DNA of 63,233 bases, filler included, from Octopus bimaculoides (lineage: Eukaryota), in NCBI RefSeq assembly GCF_001194135.2. It is 5 parts of 5 records of this genome, joined end to end, with 100 filler letters (N's around TTAATTAATTAA, not from the genome) between each part and the next. Parts side by side here need not be neighbours in the genome. Positions count along the whole stretch, not along the records: positions 1 to 31,551 come from NC_068989.1; 4 more parts are not named here. One strand, 5' to 3'. Position 1 is the stretch's first letter. Each line of letters starts with the position of its first letter. The position numbers were made by a program, and so were the translations under genes. The notes under the pieces are model-generated. The model saw only the letters and a program-made list of their open reading frames with translations, did not search any database and was not told where the DNA came from. This document shows positions 1-13,444 of this stretch, one piece after another.

Positions 1-58
1 GCTTGTTTTTCACCTTTTCAATATCAGTGAAGAATTTCACTGGAAAAGAAGATATAAG

Positions 59-185
59 TTTGCCAGGTTTTTGTCTCTCTCACCAAGGTCATCAGCTGTC
101 GAACGCCGACGAAGGGAAATAACCCTGAAATCCGGATACGTTCGTGCTGCTGATCGAGGTGAGAGGGATAACTTCCCTTGGCAAA
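59..185 (+). ncRNA. Extended type-I hammerhead ribozyme (U4C core variant) in a long rod-like stem
   Basis: Stem I GAACG(101-105)/CGTTC(139-143); core CCGACGA(106-112); stem II AGGG/CCCT(113-126); GAA plus palindromic stem III ATCCGGAT(130-137); AUA site with H17=138. Stem I extensions ATCAGC(91-96)/GCTGAT(149-154), CTCTCACC(77-84)/GGTGAGAG(158-165) and TTTGCCA(59-65)/TGGCAAA(179-185). Confidence 0.75.
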
Positions 186-904
186 CAGGACACAGTCGTG
201 TGTCGATAAGCCAGCTGGAGGAGATGTCCTCCTGGGGCTAAAAGCAACAGTAACATCCACCCCTAGGGGTCAGCCACACTTAAGTGGCAATATACTACAC
301 TTTATCGTGCAGTTACTGTTAATACTTCATTTAGAGAATTAACATTGCTTATATATATATATACATATATATAAAACGACATAATTATTACTGGGAGCGA
401 TTTATTAGACTAAATTATTAAAGACGTTACCCCAGCATGGCCGCAGACCAATCACTGGAACATGTAAACAAAATAAAAAAGGTAAATAACAAAATAACAA
501 TAATCATACTAGTTGCAGTTTCAATGTCGAATATGTTTAGAAATTTCGAATGCGTAAAATCGTTTATATATTTCCGATATATTATTACGGATAACATATA
601 TTTCTCTCTTCTGTTCTAATTTTCAAGAAAAAAAAAGTTTTCGCTGTGAAAATGAAAATCCCAGGTAGCTGTTCGTATCAGGCAGTTATTCGTATTCTAC
701 TCAAAATTTCGTAAGGAAGTATACTCAGTCAACATTCTTTAAGATAAACATTGTTAAAATGAAGACTTCTCAACAAAAAAAAAAGGAAAATATGTCGTTA
801 CTACTAATAGTTATGTGTGTATATCTCTCTTTTTTCATTCTGGTTTACTTCCTAATTTTCTTTTTCTTTTTACGTCTCTCTCCCCCCTCTCTCTCTCCTT
901 CCGT

Positions 905-1213
905 CCCTTTTGCTATGACCTTTGCAGGTGGTTTGTGTCTGCTGAGGTGGACACAATCAGCTCCTCTGTTTAAAATTTGCAATTTAGTGATATCTACACT
1001 AAGGGAGTCCCAGAGGGATAATGTTCTGGGGCAAACGATTGGGTATTGCAGTCAGTACTGCACATGATGTTGCGTGTGAATTAAAACAACATGGGTGACA
1101 AGGAGAAGAGGAGAGAAGAGTTCAGGTATGGTTTCACTAAACCAGCCAGCTCTGAATAAAAGAGGCCACTTCTGAAGCCGTAGGAATGGTATAGAGAGAA
1201 ACATGTCAGTCGA
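905..1213 (+). repeat. Copy 1 of a ~310-bp inverted duplication (partner 2125-2442)
   Basis: Long blocks shared with the reverse complement of 2125-2442, e.g. GGACACAATCAGCTCCTCTGTTTAAAATTTGCAA and TTCACTAAACCAGCCAGCTCTGA-AAAAGAGGCCACTTCTGAAGCC. Confidence 0.9.
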
Positions 1214-1324
1214 TGCCACAGTTTATTGAGTCTTTGCGGTCAATTTCATCCAGCTCAGGGGAGTGATCCTTCACCAAATGCATTCTATGATGACAGTTTG
1301 TATAGTAACAACAAATTCCCGGAT

Positions 1325-1672
1325 ATTCTTTTCTAATCTAGGCACAAGGCCCGAAATTTTGAGGAAGAGCGCCAGTCGATTACATAGACCCCAGTATGCA
1401 ACTGGTACTTAATTCATCGACCTCGGCAGAATTTGTACTCGGAATGTGAAAACAGACGAAATACTGCTAAATATTTCTCCCGACATGCTAACATTTCTTA
1501 TTGCCGACAAGGGGCTAAACATAGAGGGGACAAACAAGGACAGACAAAGGGATTAAGTTGATTACATCGATCCCAGTGCGTAACTGGTACTTAATTTATC
1601 GACCCCGAAAGGATGAAAGCCAACCTCGGCGGAATTTGTACTCGGAATGCGAAGGCAGACAAAATAGCGCTC
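1325..1672 (-). mobile_element. Two tandem cephalopod tRNA-derived SINE copies (family with GTCGATAAATTAAGTACCAG core)
   Basis: Reverse complement of the GAGTTCAAATTCCGCCGAGGTCGAC...CATCCTTTCGGGGTCGATAAATTAAGTACCAG motif that recurs many times in the window. Confidence 0.85.
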
Positions 1673-2124
1673 ACCACCTTCACAGATTCCCAGATATTGT
1701 ATACTCTATTGCAGACACTTGTCGCATTGAAGAAAGCTAATAGTGCCAGGTGGTGGGTGAAAGATTTTTCTGGCTTGGAATAGGAAGACTAAGCCTTTAA
1801 ATATTGATTTGGTTACATTGAGGAACTCCTTTAATCGAGCCCTCTTCTGGTAACATTTATGCCTATCATTACATGCTTCCTCGGAAGTCTATGAAATCAG
1901 TATAATATATTATTTTATTTTTCCTTGGATTCTGTACCGGATGCAACATCTAACACATGCAGACAGCAGTCCGGATGCAGAAACAGCAGTCAGCAGAGAG
2001 TAGTAGAATCAAAAGTAGAACTAAACGCTGAGACAGCGCAAAGACTCTTCGACGGTGACAACAATGACACAATGATAAGCTGACATGGCTACTGCTATTA
2101 TACCAAGTCCAACAACAATATGCT

Positions 2125-2442
2125 TCGACAGACATGTTTCTCCTTATACCATTCCTATGGCTTCAGAAGTGGCCTCTTTTAATCAGAGCTGGCTGGTTTA
2201 GTGAATCCACACGTGAAACGATACCCGTGAACTCTTCTCTCCTCTTCTCTCTTCTTCTCCTTGTCATTCGTGTTGTTTTAATTCACGCGCAACATCATGC
2301 AGTACCCAATCGTTTGCCCCAGAATATTATCCCTCTGGAACTCCCTTAGTGTAAATTCTACTAAGTTGCAAATTTTAAACAGAGGAGCTGATTGTGTCCA
2401 TCTCATCAGACACAGCGCCTGTAAAGGTCATAACAAAAGGGA
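2125..2442 (-). repeat. Copy 2 of the inverted duplication (partner 905-1213)
   Basis: Direct sequence comparison with 905-1213. Confidence 0.9.
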
Positions 2443-2448
2443 AGGAAG

Positions 2449-2498
<50 letters not shown>

Positions 2499-3042
2499 GA
2501 GAGAGAGAGAGAGAGAGACGTAAAGAGAAAAAGAAAAATACGCAGTAAACCAGAATGAAAAAACGGAGATATACACACAAAACCATTGAGATATCCTCTA
2601 GTTTTTTTTTAAATATCCATTACTTTTCCTTTTATCTAATATACATTATTATTACATCGGCATTTATCATATTCAATTTCTAGTGACATGACATTTTGTA
2701 ACATCTGTCAAAATGTGGTAAAGATTATGAAGAAACAATGACGACAAATATATAACAATATTTTATATAAAATAATTGATGTCATTTTATTTTCATTTCA
2801 CCACATTATATATCATTATCTTTATTTGTTGTCTGAGTAGAGTATAGACGTGTCGGTAAAAAACTTCGTGACGCTAACAATAGGGTCCGCGTTTGATCCC
2901 ATTGTTCAGTAGATTGGATAGAAGTCTGACAGTGTAGTCTTGAATTTACTGAAATATTGTGGGAAATTTGATAGATGGCAAATTCAATGAATAGCGTCAC
3001 TCGAACAAATACACATATTTGAGATTGGCTTCGAGAATATGT

Positions 3043-3044
<2 letters not shown>

Positions 3045-3098
<54 letters not shown>
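3045..3098. repeat. (TG)n microsatellite
   Basis: Pure dinucleotide run. Confidence 0.95.
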
Positions 3099-3099
<1 letters not shown>

Positions 3100-3389
3100 A
3101 AACTTTGCCTCATATCTTCATAGGTTTATCAGGGCGTCACAGAGTAGTGGTGGTCAACTGTGCTGTGTTTTGGAGCATTTGAATCAGGTTGAGGCTTTCT
3201 CTCTGGAAGAGTGAACGCTGCAAAATTAACCAGAAACACTCTGTGAGACAAGTCCGTGATAGTTCAGACTTCACCCGCTAGAAGCCACTTGATGCAACCC
3301 TCTGGCACCAGTCTGCTTACTGACGTCATCCTGTGAGGTCGTACCGCCACGTGGTACGTCTTTCTTTTGCAGTGCTTCTCCCTTGTTCG

Positions 3390-4473
3390 TCGTTTTTTGT
3401 GATAATTGAAACGAAGGAACAGCGTTCTTCCGTGTAATTCTGTTTTCTGCCGACTAAAACGGTGGCAGATGAGTTTTAATGACTCAAACAGTAAAACACA
3501 AATTTACGAGTGGTTTTCATGCTTTAGGACTGATCACTTGTCGCTTGATGACCAATTTCGTTCAGGGTGGCTTCTCGAACGAACTCTCGAATGAATGAAA
3601 ACCTCAGGAAAACTCATGAAGTGACCTTGGAGGACCGTCGCCGAAATAATGACGAACTTATTGATATGACTGGTATGTCTTGAAGCTCCTGCCAACAAAT
3701 TTTGAACTGAGGAATTGCGAATGAAAAGAGTTTCAGCAAAATTTGTGCCTCGCTTGCTCACAGAGGATCAAAAGCAGTCACGGTTGAATGCATGTCGTGA
3801 ACTGAAAGAACAGTTGGAAGTTAATCCGATCGTTTTTCGAAGGTCATCACTTGTGACGAAAGCTGGTGCTACGGCTACGACCCGGAAATGAAGCAGCAAT
3901 CACGTCAATGGAAGCGCTCAATGTCACCACACCCTCAAAAAGCGCATCTAGTAAAGTCCGGTGTCAAGACGATGCTGATTTGTTTCATCGAATCGAAAGG
4001 AATTGTCCGCACAGAATTTGCTCCTCCTGGTCAAACTGTTAAGCTGGACACTTTATTTGGTCGTGCAAGAAGCAGTGAGATGAAAACGCCCTGCCTTTTG
4101 TTTGTGAGACAGTTTTGGCTAAAGATAGCATGACCTCGTTTACCCAACCTCCTTATTTACCCGATCTTGCTCCCTGCGACCTTTTTTTGCTCCCTCGAAT
4201 AATAAAATGTCCTTAAAATATGTTTTGCAGACGTGGACGAGGTGAAGATAAAAACAACGACGGGGGTGTTAAAAGGCATCACTTCGCAAGAGTTCCAGGA
4301 CTGCTTCGAACAGTGGAAAACGCATCTGGACCGATGCATTGCAATGGAGAATACATTGCAATGGAGACCGATGCAATGGAGAATACTTTGAAGGCGATAA
4401 AAGTGTAAATACGGAAAAACTAAGGGAATAAAATAATATTGCAAAATTCCGGTTTATTTTGGGTACACCATCG
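3390..4473 (+). mobile_element. Decayed mariner (DD34D-type) transposon with internal deletion; 3' TIR retained
   Basis: Frame-broken motifs MKRVSAKFVPRLLTEDQK, VITCDESWCYGYDPE, KTMLICF..SKGIV..EFAPPGQTV and QPPYLPDLAPCD (YSPDLAP-D equivalent). Ends ...GGGTACACCATCG followed by TA. Confidence 0.9.
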
Positions 4474-5531
4474 TATATTGGCCTGCGGGGTAGCATTATT
4501 TGAAACCTAAAAACCATGCAAAGCGCATTGTGTGCAGCGATGTATAAGAACATCCAATAATCTAGTTGATCATGTAATCCCGTAATATATATGGATATAA
4601 TTGTGCTGGTGCATATCAAACATTGGGTCTTCTTACGACGTTTTACATTAAAAACAGTGATTCGTCAAAGTCGACTCGATAAAATAAGTACAAAACCTCA
4701 CTAAATATATAGGTGTCTCTATAGTCAACTCTAAAAGAAACAAAAACATTTTTTAAAGCCCAACTGAGTTTGCAAAATGTCTTCCCTCACCACCACAGTA
4801 TGCCTTATTCTGTGTGACCAACTCCCTTCCACAATAGGTTGGACCGTCTTAGGTCCAGAGAATGTTGTTGACTACACGGAGATTGCGCTGGAAGATTGCA
4901 AAGTTTTCCCTGTTTTTCTAAGGTCTAGAATTGCTTTGTACCACGTTGTACTGCTGTTACCTGAAAATATCGTTAAAGTTAAAACGCTCTGCAATAATAT
5001 AACTCAGCCACTTATAACATTATTCAATAACTAGCAAGTTCCGCTGCTTCTCTATATTGCTTTCAAATAATGAACATTGTATTGTATGTGAGTGTGTATT
5101 TGATAATATGACTGCAATGCACTTAGCCATTCTTTCGACAATTTCATCGAGCTTGCAGATTGTTTAAAAACCTATAAACATATTCCATTATTGTCACCAT
5201 TCTTGCACTGTACTTCATAGATATTGAACATTTCACAATGATAGAAGTGCTTCTTAAAGTAATTCTTATAAGATTTTCTACTTTTAAAAATACCAGGAAA
5301 GATCGGTGTTGGTGCTGGTGGGGAGGTAGCTATCACTGTATGCGGTTTGAAATATTTTGCAACTAACTGCTGAAGACCTATAGAACATATTATCGAAAAC
5401 GAATATATAAAATATGGCGGAGTTTAAGTATTTTATAGCACTTACTTCGTAACAAATGAAGTTCTCGATTTCGACACTTATTGACGGAAACACTATGAAT
5501 GAAAATTATATACAAATAGGTGCGGAGCACA

Positions 5532-5595
<64 letters not shown>

Positions 5596-5879
5596 GGTGG
5601 GGAGAATTCTTTTTTTATTTTTGGAACAGAGGATTTCAAAGCATATGAAACCATACATTACTACATGTAGATTTGGATTTGGAAACCATATTTTTTTACT
5701 TTCATTCCAGTATTGAGACCATTACGCTGTTATCGTTACCCCATGGTTTTTGGAATTGTTATTTTTGTTATTATTTTGGAATATTATCTTACCGTTATTT
5801 TATTGATATCATTGGCATTGATATTATGGTTGGTGATGTTGATGATGTCACCTTCATCATAGTTGTTTTGGTTTAACAC

Positions 5880-6228
5880 ATTACTCTGCAAGTTTACTCT
5901 AGTCCTCTTTATCTCAGGACTTATTCTTTGTAAGTCTAGTCCTTATCCTATCGTCTCTTTTGCTGAACTGTTAAGTTACAGGGACGCAAACACACGAACA
6001 TCGGTTGGCAAGCGATGGTGAGGCGACAAACACAGACACACAGGCATATGTATACATATACATAAATAGGACGGGCTTCTTTCAGTATCCACCAACCAAA
6101 TCCATTCACAAGGCTTTGTTCAGCCTGAGGCTATAATAGAAGTCACTTGCTCAATGTGCCACGCAGCGGAACTGAATCCGGAACCATGTGGTTGGGAAGC
6201 AAGCTTCTTACCACACAGCCACGCCTAT
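5880..6228 (-). mobile_element. tRNA-derived SINE (family with head GGCTGTGTGGTAAG...CCGGGTTCAGT and internal microsatellite)
   Basis: Homologous to the copies at 7790, 10585 and 45395; A/B-box-like head. Confidence 0.85.
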
Positions 6229-6428
6229 ATACACACTCACCATACAGATTCACACAGGTATATATACTTGTGTGTGTGTGTGTGTGTGTGTTTGCTGGTA
6301 TTCCTATTTAGGATTTTCCCTCCCTGCTTGACAACCAGTTATAGTTTCTTTATCTTCCCGTAACTTAGCAGTTTCTCAAAACGAATATGATAGTGTATAT
6401 ATGCGCTCGTTGATAATATATTTAGATA

Positions 6429-6540
6429 TTACAGACTGTTGTTAAATGGCGAATGTAGGACTGGGTGTTTTTTAGGTTCAGTTATTGTTACACTCTTCCG
6501 CCTGATTTCATCGCTCTTGTCACTGATGGCAAGGTCCTCT
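6429..6540 (-). other. Possible terminal coding exon (DLAISDKSDEIRRKSVTITEPKKHPVLHSPFNNSL*), unverified
   Basis: Non-repetitive, protein-like tail of ORF 6429-7046 with a candidate acceptor TTCCCTGTTCACAAG; no recognisable homology. Confidence 0.2.
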
Positions 6541-6686
6541 TGTGAACAGGGAAGCATTCTCAACGTTACTGCTGCCGTGGTTCCAAATATACAACCCTGC
6601 GCCAATAGATGGTTAGCGTGTGGTTTATGGTTTAAGGTCAATGATGTAGTAGTAGTAGCAGCAGCAGCATTTACCGCTGTATCAGC

Positions 6687-6719
<33 letters not shown>

Positions 6720-7789
6720 AAGAGGGGAGGAGGGGAGGGAGTAGTAGCGAATGATGACGCCGAAAGAAAAAAGACGTAATGATACGGTGAGACCGATAAA
6801 GGAAAGAAGAAAGGATAAGTAAAAGAAAGTAAGGGATAAAAGCAAGAAAGAAAGGAAGAAGGATAAGTAAAAGATATAAGAAAGGATAAGTGAAAGAAAG
6901 AAAAAGAAGAAAAGTAAATGAAAGAAAGACAAAATAAGTGAAAGAAAGAAAGAATTTTCGTATGAATGTTGAGGGCAATGGATTGACTGAACATCGAACA
7001 AAATGGCTTGCAATACTACTTCCGGCTCTTCAAACACTGAGATCAAATCGCGGCGAAGACAACTTTACTTTTCATCTTTGTAGGTCGATAAAATACAGTA
7101 CCAGATCGATTAATTCAACAACATTCTGGTCTCCAATGACTATTTAGAAACAGTTATTGGTGTTGCCGTTGTTGTTGTTTCTGTTGTTGCTAATGTGGTG
7201 GTGATGCGGTTGATTCTGTTGCTGTTGCGTTTATTACTATTGATCAAGTATAATTAGTACAGGAAGCATTTTATTTATACTTATATCGATAAACTCATTT
7301 CGGAGAATATGGAAATATCACATGACCAAAGCCACATACATAATCAATATCGCAGCGACATAACTACCACAACCACAACCATCGATCCCTTCGCTCAACC
7401 ATCCTAAAACCATTTCAACGTTGATGGGTTACGTAAGTGTGGAATATCAATTACTTGGACGCATTCCTTTCTAGACTTCTGAATAATTTCTCTTTCAATT
7501 AGGGTTATTCGTCTTTTATGATCTCTGGTTTGCAATAACCCTAGTGTTAATTGCCGTAAATGTGTACCGGTGTTTGCACTTAGCTATTAAAACTAATCTA
7601 TTTGTTCTGAAATATTAATTTGCTAATTAGGGCTTTCGTCCCTTTGCCACCATGGGTTTATAATATTTTTTGTTCGCATAAAATGCTTTTATTCATGAGA
7701 CGAAATGGTGGAGCAAACTTAAAAACACACGCAGGTAATTACGCTTGCATGGACTCGGGTATCTATACACATGTAGGTAGACGGGGAGG

Positions 7790-7963
7790 CGTAGGCATGG
7801 CTGTGTTGTTAAGAAGCTTATTTAGCAATCAAGGGGTAATGGGTTCAGTCCTGCGTACAGCCCTCAGCAAATGTCTTCTTGTTAAGGACACAACCTTCTG
7901 TTGCGTTGTGAGTCATTTTGATAAACGGAAACTGAGTGGAAGAATGCTTTATATATATATATA

Positions 7964-8020
<57 letters not shown>

Positions 8021-8175
8021 ATATGGTTGTGTGCCTGTGTTTGTCCCTCATCATCGCCTGACAACGGATGAGTGAGTATTAGGCTTAGAAAGAATAAGTT
8101 CTGAGATCGATTTGCTCGACTAAACGCGGTGTTCCAGTATGGCCGCAATCAAATGACTGAAGCAAGTAAGAAAAA
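7790..8175 (+). mobile_element. tRNA-derived SINE (same family as 5880-6228)
   Basis: GGCTGTGTTGTTAAGAAGC...GGGTTCAGTC head and ...GTCGATTTGCTCGACTAAA...ATGACTGAA tail. Confidence 0.85.
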
Positions 8176-9477
8176 CAATACCCATGTGTGTGTGTGTGTG
8201 TGTGTGTGTATAGAGAGATAAATAGATAGATATATATCTAGCTAGCCAGATAGAAATATAGTAGATAGATACATACATATATACATACATACGTTGGTGC
8301 ACACGTATGCAGACACACAGGTAAACAATGTATTTGGTATTTTAGCCAACTCAAATTTATCTTTACTTTGTCGTTCCCGATTTTTATGTATTTTATCATC
8401 ATCATCATCATCAGTATTATTATTATTATCATAATTTTTTCAATTGTTTTTATTATTATTGTTATTATTATTATTATCTTTACTACTATTATCATCCTTA
8501 TGTGGATTCGTGAGGTTTTCCATATTTATTTTCGATATTTGGTTATCGCAACAAACGTGTTTTTAAAATTAATGTTGATTTTTTAAAATGAATAAATCAA
8601 TATCACTTTTATTTTCCTTTTTTTTCTTTTACTTTTTATTGTATTCTTTCTATTTATTGTTGTCGATATCGTTGGTTTGCACTATCATTGCTACGTCTTG
8701 TGTGCATAACAGAAAATTTGTTTGGTTAGTTGAAAAAGAAAAAAAGTTTGAAAACACTATTTTTTTTTTTTTCGAAACCCACAACGCAAATGAATCCAAA
8801 TTTAAATCTCGTTGACATGTGTTTTTATTCTTTTACGAAACTATTTTACTTTCTATTCATTTATTTTTTTCAAAAAATCTGTTTATTCCCTCATGCAATG
8901 GTCAATGAAACGCGTGGACTGCATTTCTATTTCTGTATATAAATTAAATTCGTTTTTTGTAGATGAATATCTGTGTGTATGCGTGTCTTCATTTTGCTTT
9001 TGTGTGTTTGTGAGCGGTCGTGCTAAATGAGAAAAAAAAAAGCTAATATATGACGAGCTATTTACCCGGACATGACACATATAATAGTCAAGATAAATTT
9101 GAAAATATTTAGATTAGAACAAAAAAATATGAAAACGCTTAATAAGTATAGGTATTAATACATACACACACACAAGTACATACGTACATGTATATAGTTA
9201 TGTTATATTCTGTTAAGAACGTAACAGAATATAGTATAAAGCCTCGTCTATCTTCAGATTTCACCCTGTGCTGTCCAATAGGATTATTATACGTACTTCC
9301 AGATTTGCGTTTGGATTACTGTAGTGTGTGAATAGATAGCTGCGAGGAAACGTTTGTACAACCAAGTACCTGCAAAACTGGAGAATTGCGTTGCGCAGAA
9401 ACAATTGCAGTGATTGAAAATAAATGTTCGACCGCACTCCTTCCTGTTGACTCTAACTTTTTCACTTACATATATAT

Positions 9478-9516
<39 letters not shown>

Positions 9517-10193
9517 NNNNNNNNNNNNNNNNNNNNNNNNNNNNNNNNNNNNNNNNNNNNNNNNNNNNNNNNNNNNNNNNNNNNNNNNNNNNNNNNNNNN
9601 NNNNNNNNNNNNNNNNNNNNNNNNNNNNNNNNNNNNNNNNNNNNNNNNNNNNNNNNNNNNNNNNNNNNNNNNNNNNNNNNNNNNNNNNNNNNNNNNNNNN
9701 NNNNNNNNNNNNNNNNNNNNNNNNNNNNNNNNNNNNNNNNNNNNNNNNNNNNNNNNNNNNNNNNNNNNNNNNNNNNNNNNNNNNNNNNNNNNNNNNNNNN
9801 NNNNNNNNNNNNNNNNNNNNNNNNNNNNNNNNNNNNNNNNNNNNNNNNNNNNNNNNATATATATATATATATATGAAGCTAGAGATAAACAGGTAGATAG
9901 ATATATTGATGTATCGGTACATAGAGAGATAATGACAGATAATTAGAGTGCATTAATAGCCTCTGTTTTGGCGTTCATCACTTAAATGTTCTTAGTTATA
10001 AATGTGACTGCTCCTTCGGACGATGTCTCTCTCAGTGGTGAGGTAACCACTCATTGTAAAGATGACCAATTTTCTTTAGATTAAGTATAACGATCGTTCC
10101 ACTCATTTTATTCTCTCCTCTTTGTACACATACACACACAAACATGTACATGCATATTTAGATATACACTTGTACGTGTATACACGCACACAC

Positions 10194-10269
<76 letters not shown>

Positions 10270-10584
10270 GTATATATAGAAGTCCATGTTCTTAACTACA
10301 CAAAGAACATGAGAACAAACTGCTTAAATTTCTAATTTGTAATCCTTATCTTCTAATCTTTGACTTTGAATTTTGAATATTTGTTAAGATGCACAACACG
10401 CCTCGAAACCATAAATAATTTATATAAGTCACTTATGTAACACATGAAACAACGATCCAGTCCCATGAAAGGAAACCAGTTAAGAATAATTAAACATCCT
10501 TCCGTACTGTTCCCATTTTACTTTTTTCCTATATTTTTTAATTTTTGCCGACTTTTAATCCATGTTCAACTATATATACGTATG

Positions 10585-10975
10585 TATGTGGCTGTGTGGT
10601 AAGAAGCTTACTTCCCAACCACATGGTTCCGGGTTCAGTACCACTTTGTGGCACATTGGGCAAGTGATTTCTACTATAGCCTCGGGCCGAGCAAAGCCTT
10701 GAGTGGATTTGGTAGACGGAAACTGAAAGAAGCCCGTCCTATATATGTATATGTGTGTATATGCCTGTGTGTCTGTGTTTGTCCCCCTACCACCACTTGA
10801 CAACCGATGTCGGTGTCTTATGTACCTGCAACTGAGTGGTTCGTCATATCAAACCGATAGAATAAGTACTAGGCTTACAAAGTATAAGTCCTATGTACGA
10901 TTTCCCGACTAAAACACCTTAAGGTTGTGCTTCAGCTTGGCCACAGTAAAATGACTGAAAGAATCAAAAGAATAA
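10585..10975 (+). mobile_element. tRNA-derived SINE (same family as 5880-6228)
   Basis: GTGGCTGTGTGGTAAGAAGCTT...CCGGGTTCAGTACCAC head; family tail present. Confidence 0.9.
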
Positions 10976-11407
10976 AAGTGTGTGTGTGTGTGTGTGTGTG
11001 TGTGGAAAGTGGCATTTCAAATGTAGTCGTTATCTTGTTCATTATTTCAGCATTTTCTCTGTATGACAACCACATTATAAGGGCAGAGTTGTTTGTAAGT
11101 GCATTTTCCTCACTAATTACCGATGTAAAAGGGATGAAATATTTTGCAATTGCAATCTTTATTTCTAAAAGTTTGTAATATATTATTATGCTCCTTCAGG
11201 ACACAATGATCAGATCTTGTGAGACGATTATTTTAGGAGAACGTATATCCTGTGACGAACGAACTGGTTTTATACGTATTACGATTAATGATGTAACCAC
11301 TTGCACGATAAAGAATAGATGTAACAGCTTCACAATTCTAAAAACAAGGAGGCTTGATGACATACGCAATCTTAAGCGAGTAATACTTCCTAACAATGGT
11401 TTCAAGT

Positions 11408-11555
11408 TTTGGCACAAGGTCAGCAATTTCATCGATCCCCGTGATCAACTAGTACGTCAACTAGATCAACTAGACCCCGATAGGATGAAAGCCAAAGTCG
11501 ACTTTGGCTGAATCTGAACTCAAATTTTTCTCGGCGCCCTAACGAGTCTGCCAGA
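11408..11555 (-). mobile_element. Degenerate SINE (GTCGATAAATTAAGTACCAG family)
   Basis: GGATGAAAGCCAAAGTCGAC...TGAACTC motif. Confidence 0.7.
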
Positions 11556-13320
11556 TCTCTGTCTTTTTAATAGTTCAGAATAATGGCGACAGTAACAGAT
11601 AAAGCCACCAAAACAAGACGGCGGGCGAGTTGCAAACGCAAAAACACTGTAAAACGAAAAGATTAAGATCAATGAATTCTTCAAGGGTAACAATAATTAA
11701 AATAAAGACAAAATGAAATGAAGAACAAACATGGGCGACTCGGTAATCATTACAAAAGCATCAATAATATATATTCAGGAAATCGCATCAAAATGTGGCC
11801 GGAACAATTTTCGCACGATTCTCTCTAAGATGTGTAATCCTGAAGAAGGGCAAAAGCATTCTAATGGCAACTCATCTACAACTAACTGGCTGGGCTGTTT
11901 AGAGAGACATTTAAGCCCAACACTATATGACTTCTATGAATCTCTGACCTAGATATACTAGGGAGAAAACTTGTTGGATGGAGATAAATTCAAATGGCCC
12001 AGAAAAGTTAGGTCTGTCCACAAAAAGCACAATAAAGAAACTGTTTTAGATGTATTCTTTCAGTGTCTGAGCATTGTTGATTGGGGGTTTCTTGAACATC
12101 TGTTGTATACAAGATAGAGCTTGCTTTTGGCAAAATCCTTAGTGATAATTGCGCCGACGTTTTTCTGTGGGTTCAAAAGTTATACATTTCATCGCTTTCT
12201 GTTGGCCCTGATGAAAATCGTTGCACGGAAGATGTGACAGAAAAAAAAAACCTGAAGAGTATTTGCTTTTAGATCAAGGCCTTGTCGACTTCAGTTTTCT
12301 CTTGGCGAGGAATGAGAGGATAAACAAGAAGCAACGATGCTCCAGCAAATATATTGAAAACTTGGGAAAGGGGAGATTGGGAACCGGTTGAACAGGTTTA
12401 TATTCAGCATCAACATGTAGGTCGGGGATTGAAGTAAAGAGAGGGTACTTAAACATTCGTACTCAGACATTAATTGAAGACATGTAGAGTTCCTTGACTT
12501 GCAGTCGCTTTCCTTTCATATATTACCATATCTCCCATACCCCGTATGCTATCGCTTTTTTTAAAATTTCGATTCAAAGTAAATTCTTCACTATTTATGT
12601 TACTTGCCTCTCTAATGCTGCCCATATCCACCATCTTTTTGGCAATAATTAATAACAGTATTAGTTTCGATACTGCATCATAGACCAGCTATTTTGAATC
12701 GTAGGACCGTCGGATAAAAATGGTTTGCGTAATTTGTTCTGTCACTTTTTGATCTGAGTTCAAACGTTCCTTTTCCTCCTTTAGAGGTTGATAAACTACA
12801 GCACCATTCAAGTACTAGAACCAAAGCTATCGACTGACTCCTTCATCACAAAATTTCTGACCGAGTGCCTTAATTAAAAACCACTATTGAGAATGCTTAG
12901 GAGCGCATCATGCATTTTTTGCCCCCACCCCATCATGTACATGTGAATATATTTGCTGTTATTTTACACATTTAATATTTTGTTTTACCGTTTTATAGTG
13001 AATTTGCACGAGTGTGCTTCTCTGTTATTCGGGACGAAGCTTCATTCCTCTGGTTTAGAATCCATAAAAACATTTGCAACTAGCAAGTTAAACACCACCA
13101 TCAGCGTGATACCTAAAACTCAGCAGCAGCAACAGCAGTAACAACAAAAGCAACGGCAGCAACAACATTATCAGCATCAATATAACCAGTGGCGATAGCA
13201 GAATCAAACTAACAACAATTTCAACATCTGCGCCGTCAACATCATCATACCATCAGCGCTGAAATGCATACAAACAAACTGAAAAAAGACAACAAATAAA
13301 ATCAGCTATTATTTGCACAG

Positions 13321-13444
13321 TCGATGACACTGCCCTCTCACTCCTGTAAACACAAAAAGCAAAACCGTTGACACCTCTGACGACAACACCGTTGTCAGCG
13401 TCATAAATGCGGTAATGTCGTTCACCAAATTCACGGAATCGTAG
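13321..13444 (+). other. Candidate non-coding exon
   Basis: Acceptor ATTTGCACAG at 13311-13320 and strong donor TAG|GTGAGT at 13445; stops in all three frames. Confidence 0.25.

Noticed and set aside
3697-3730. CTGAGGA-ATT-GCG-AAT-GAAA hammerhead-like string
   Set aside because: It lies inside mariner coding sequence with no stem III or stem I pairing; chance match.
11188-11511. 107-aa ORF with a plausible acceptor at 11200
   Set aside because: The C-terminal third is SINE sequence, the donor is weak and no homology is recognised.
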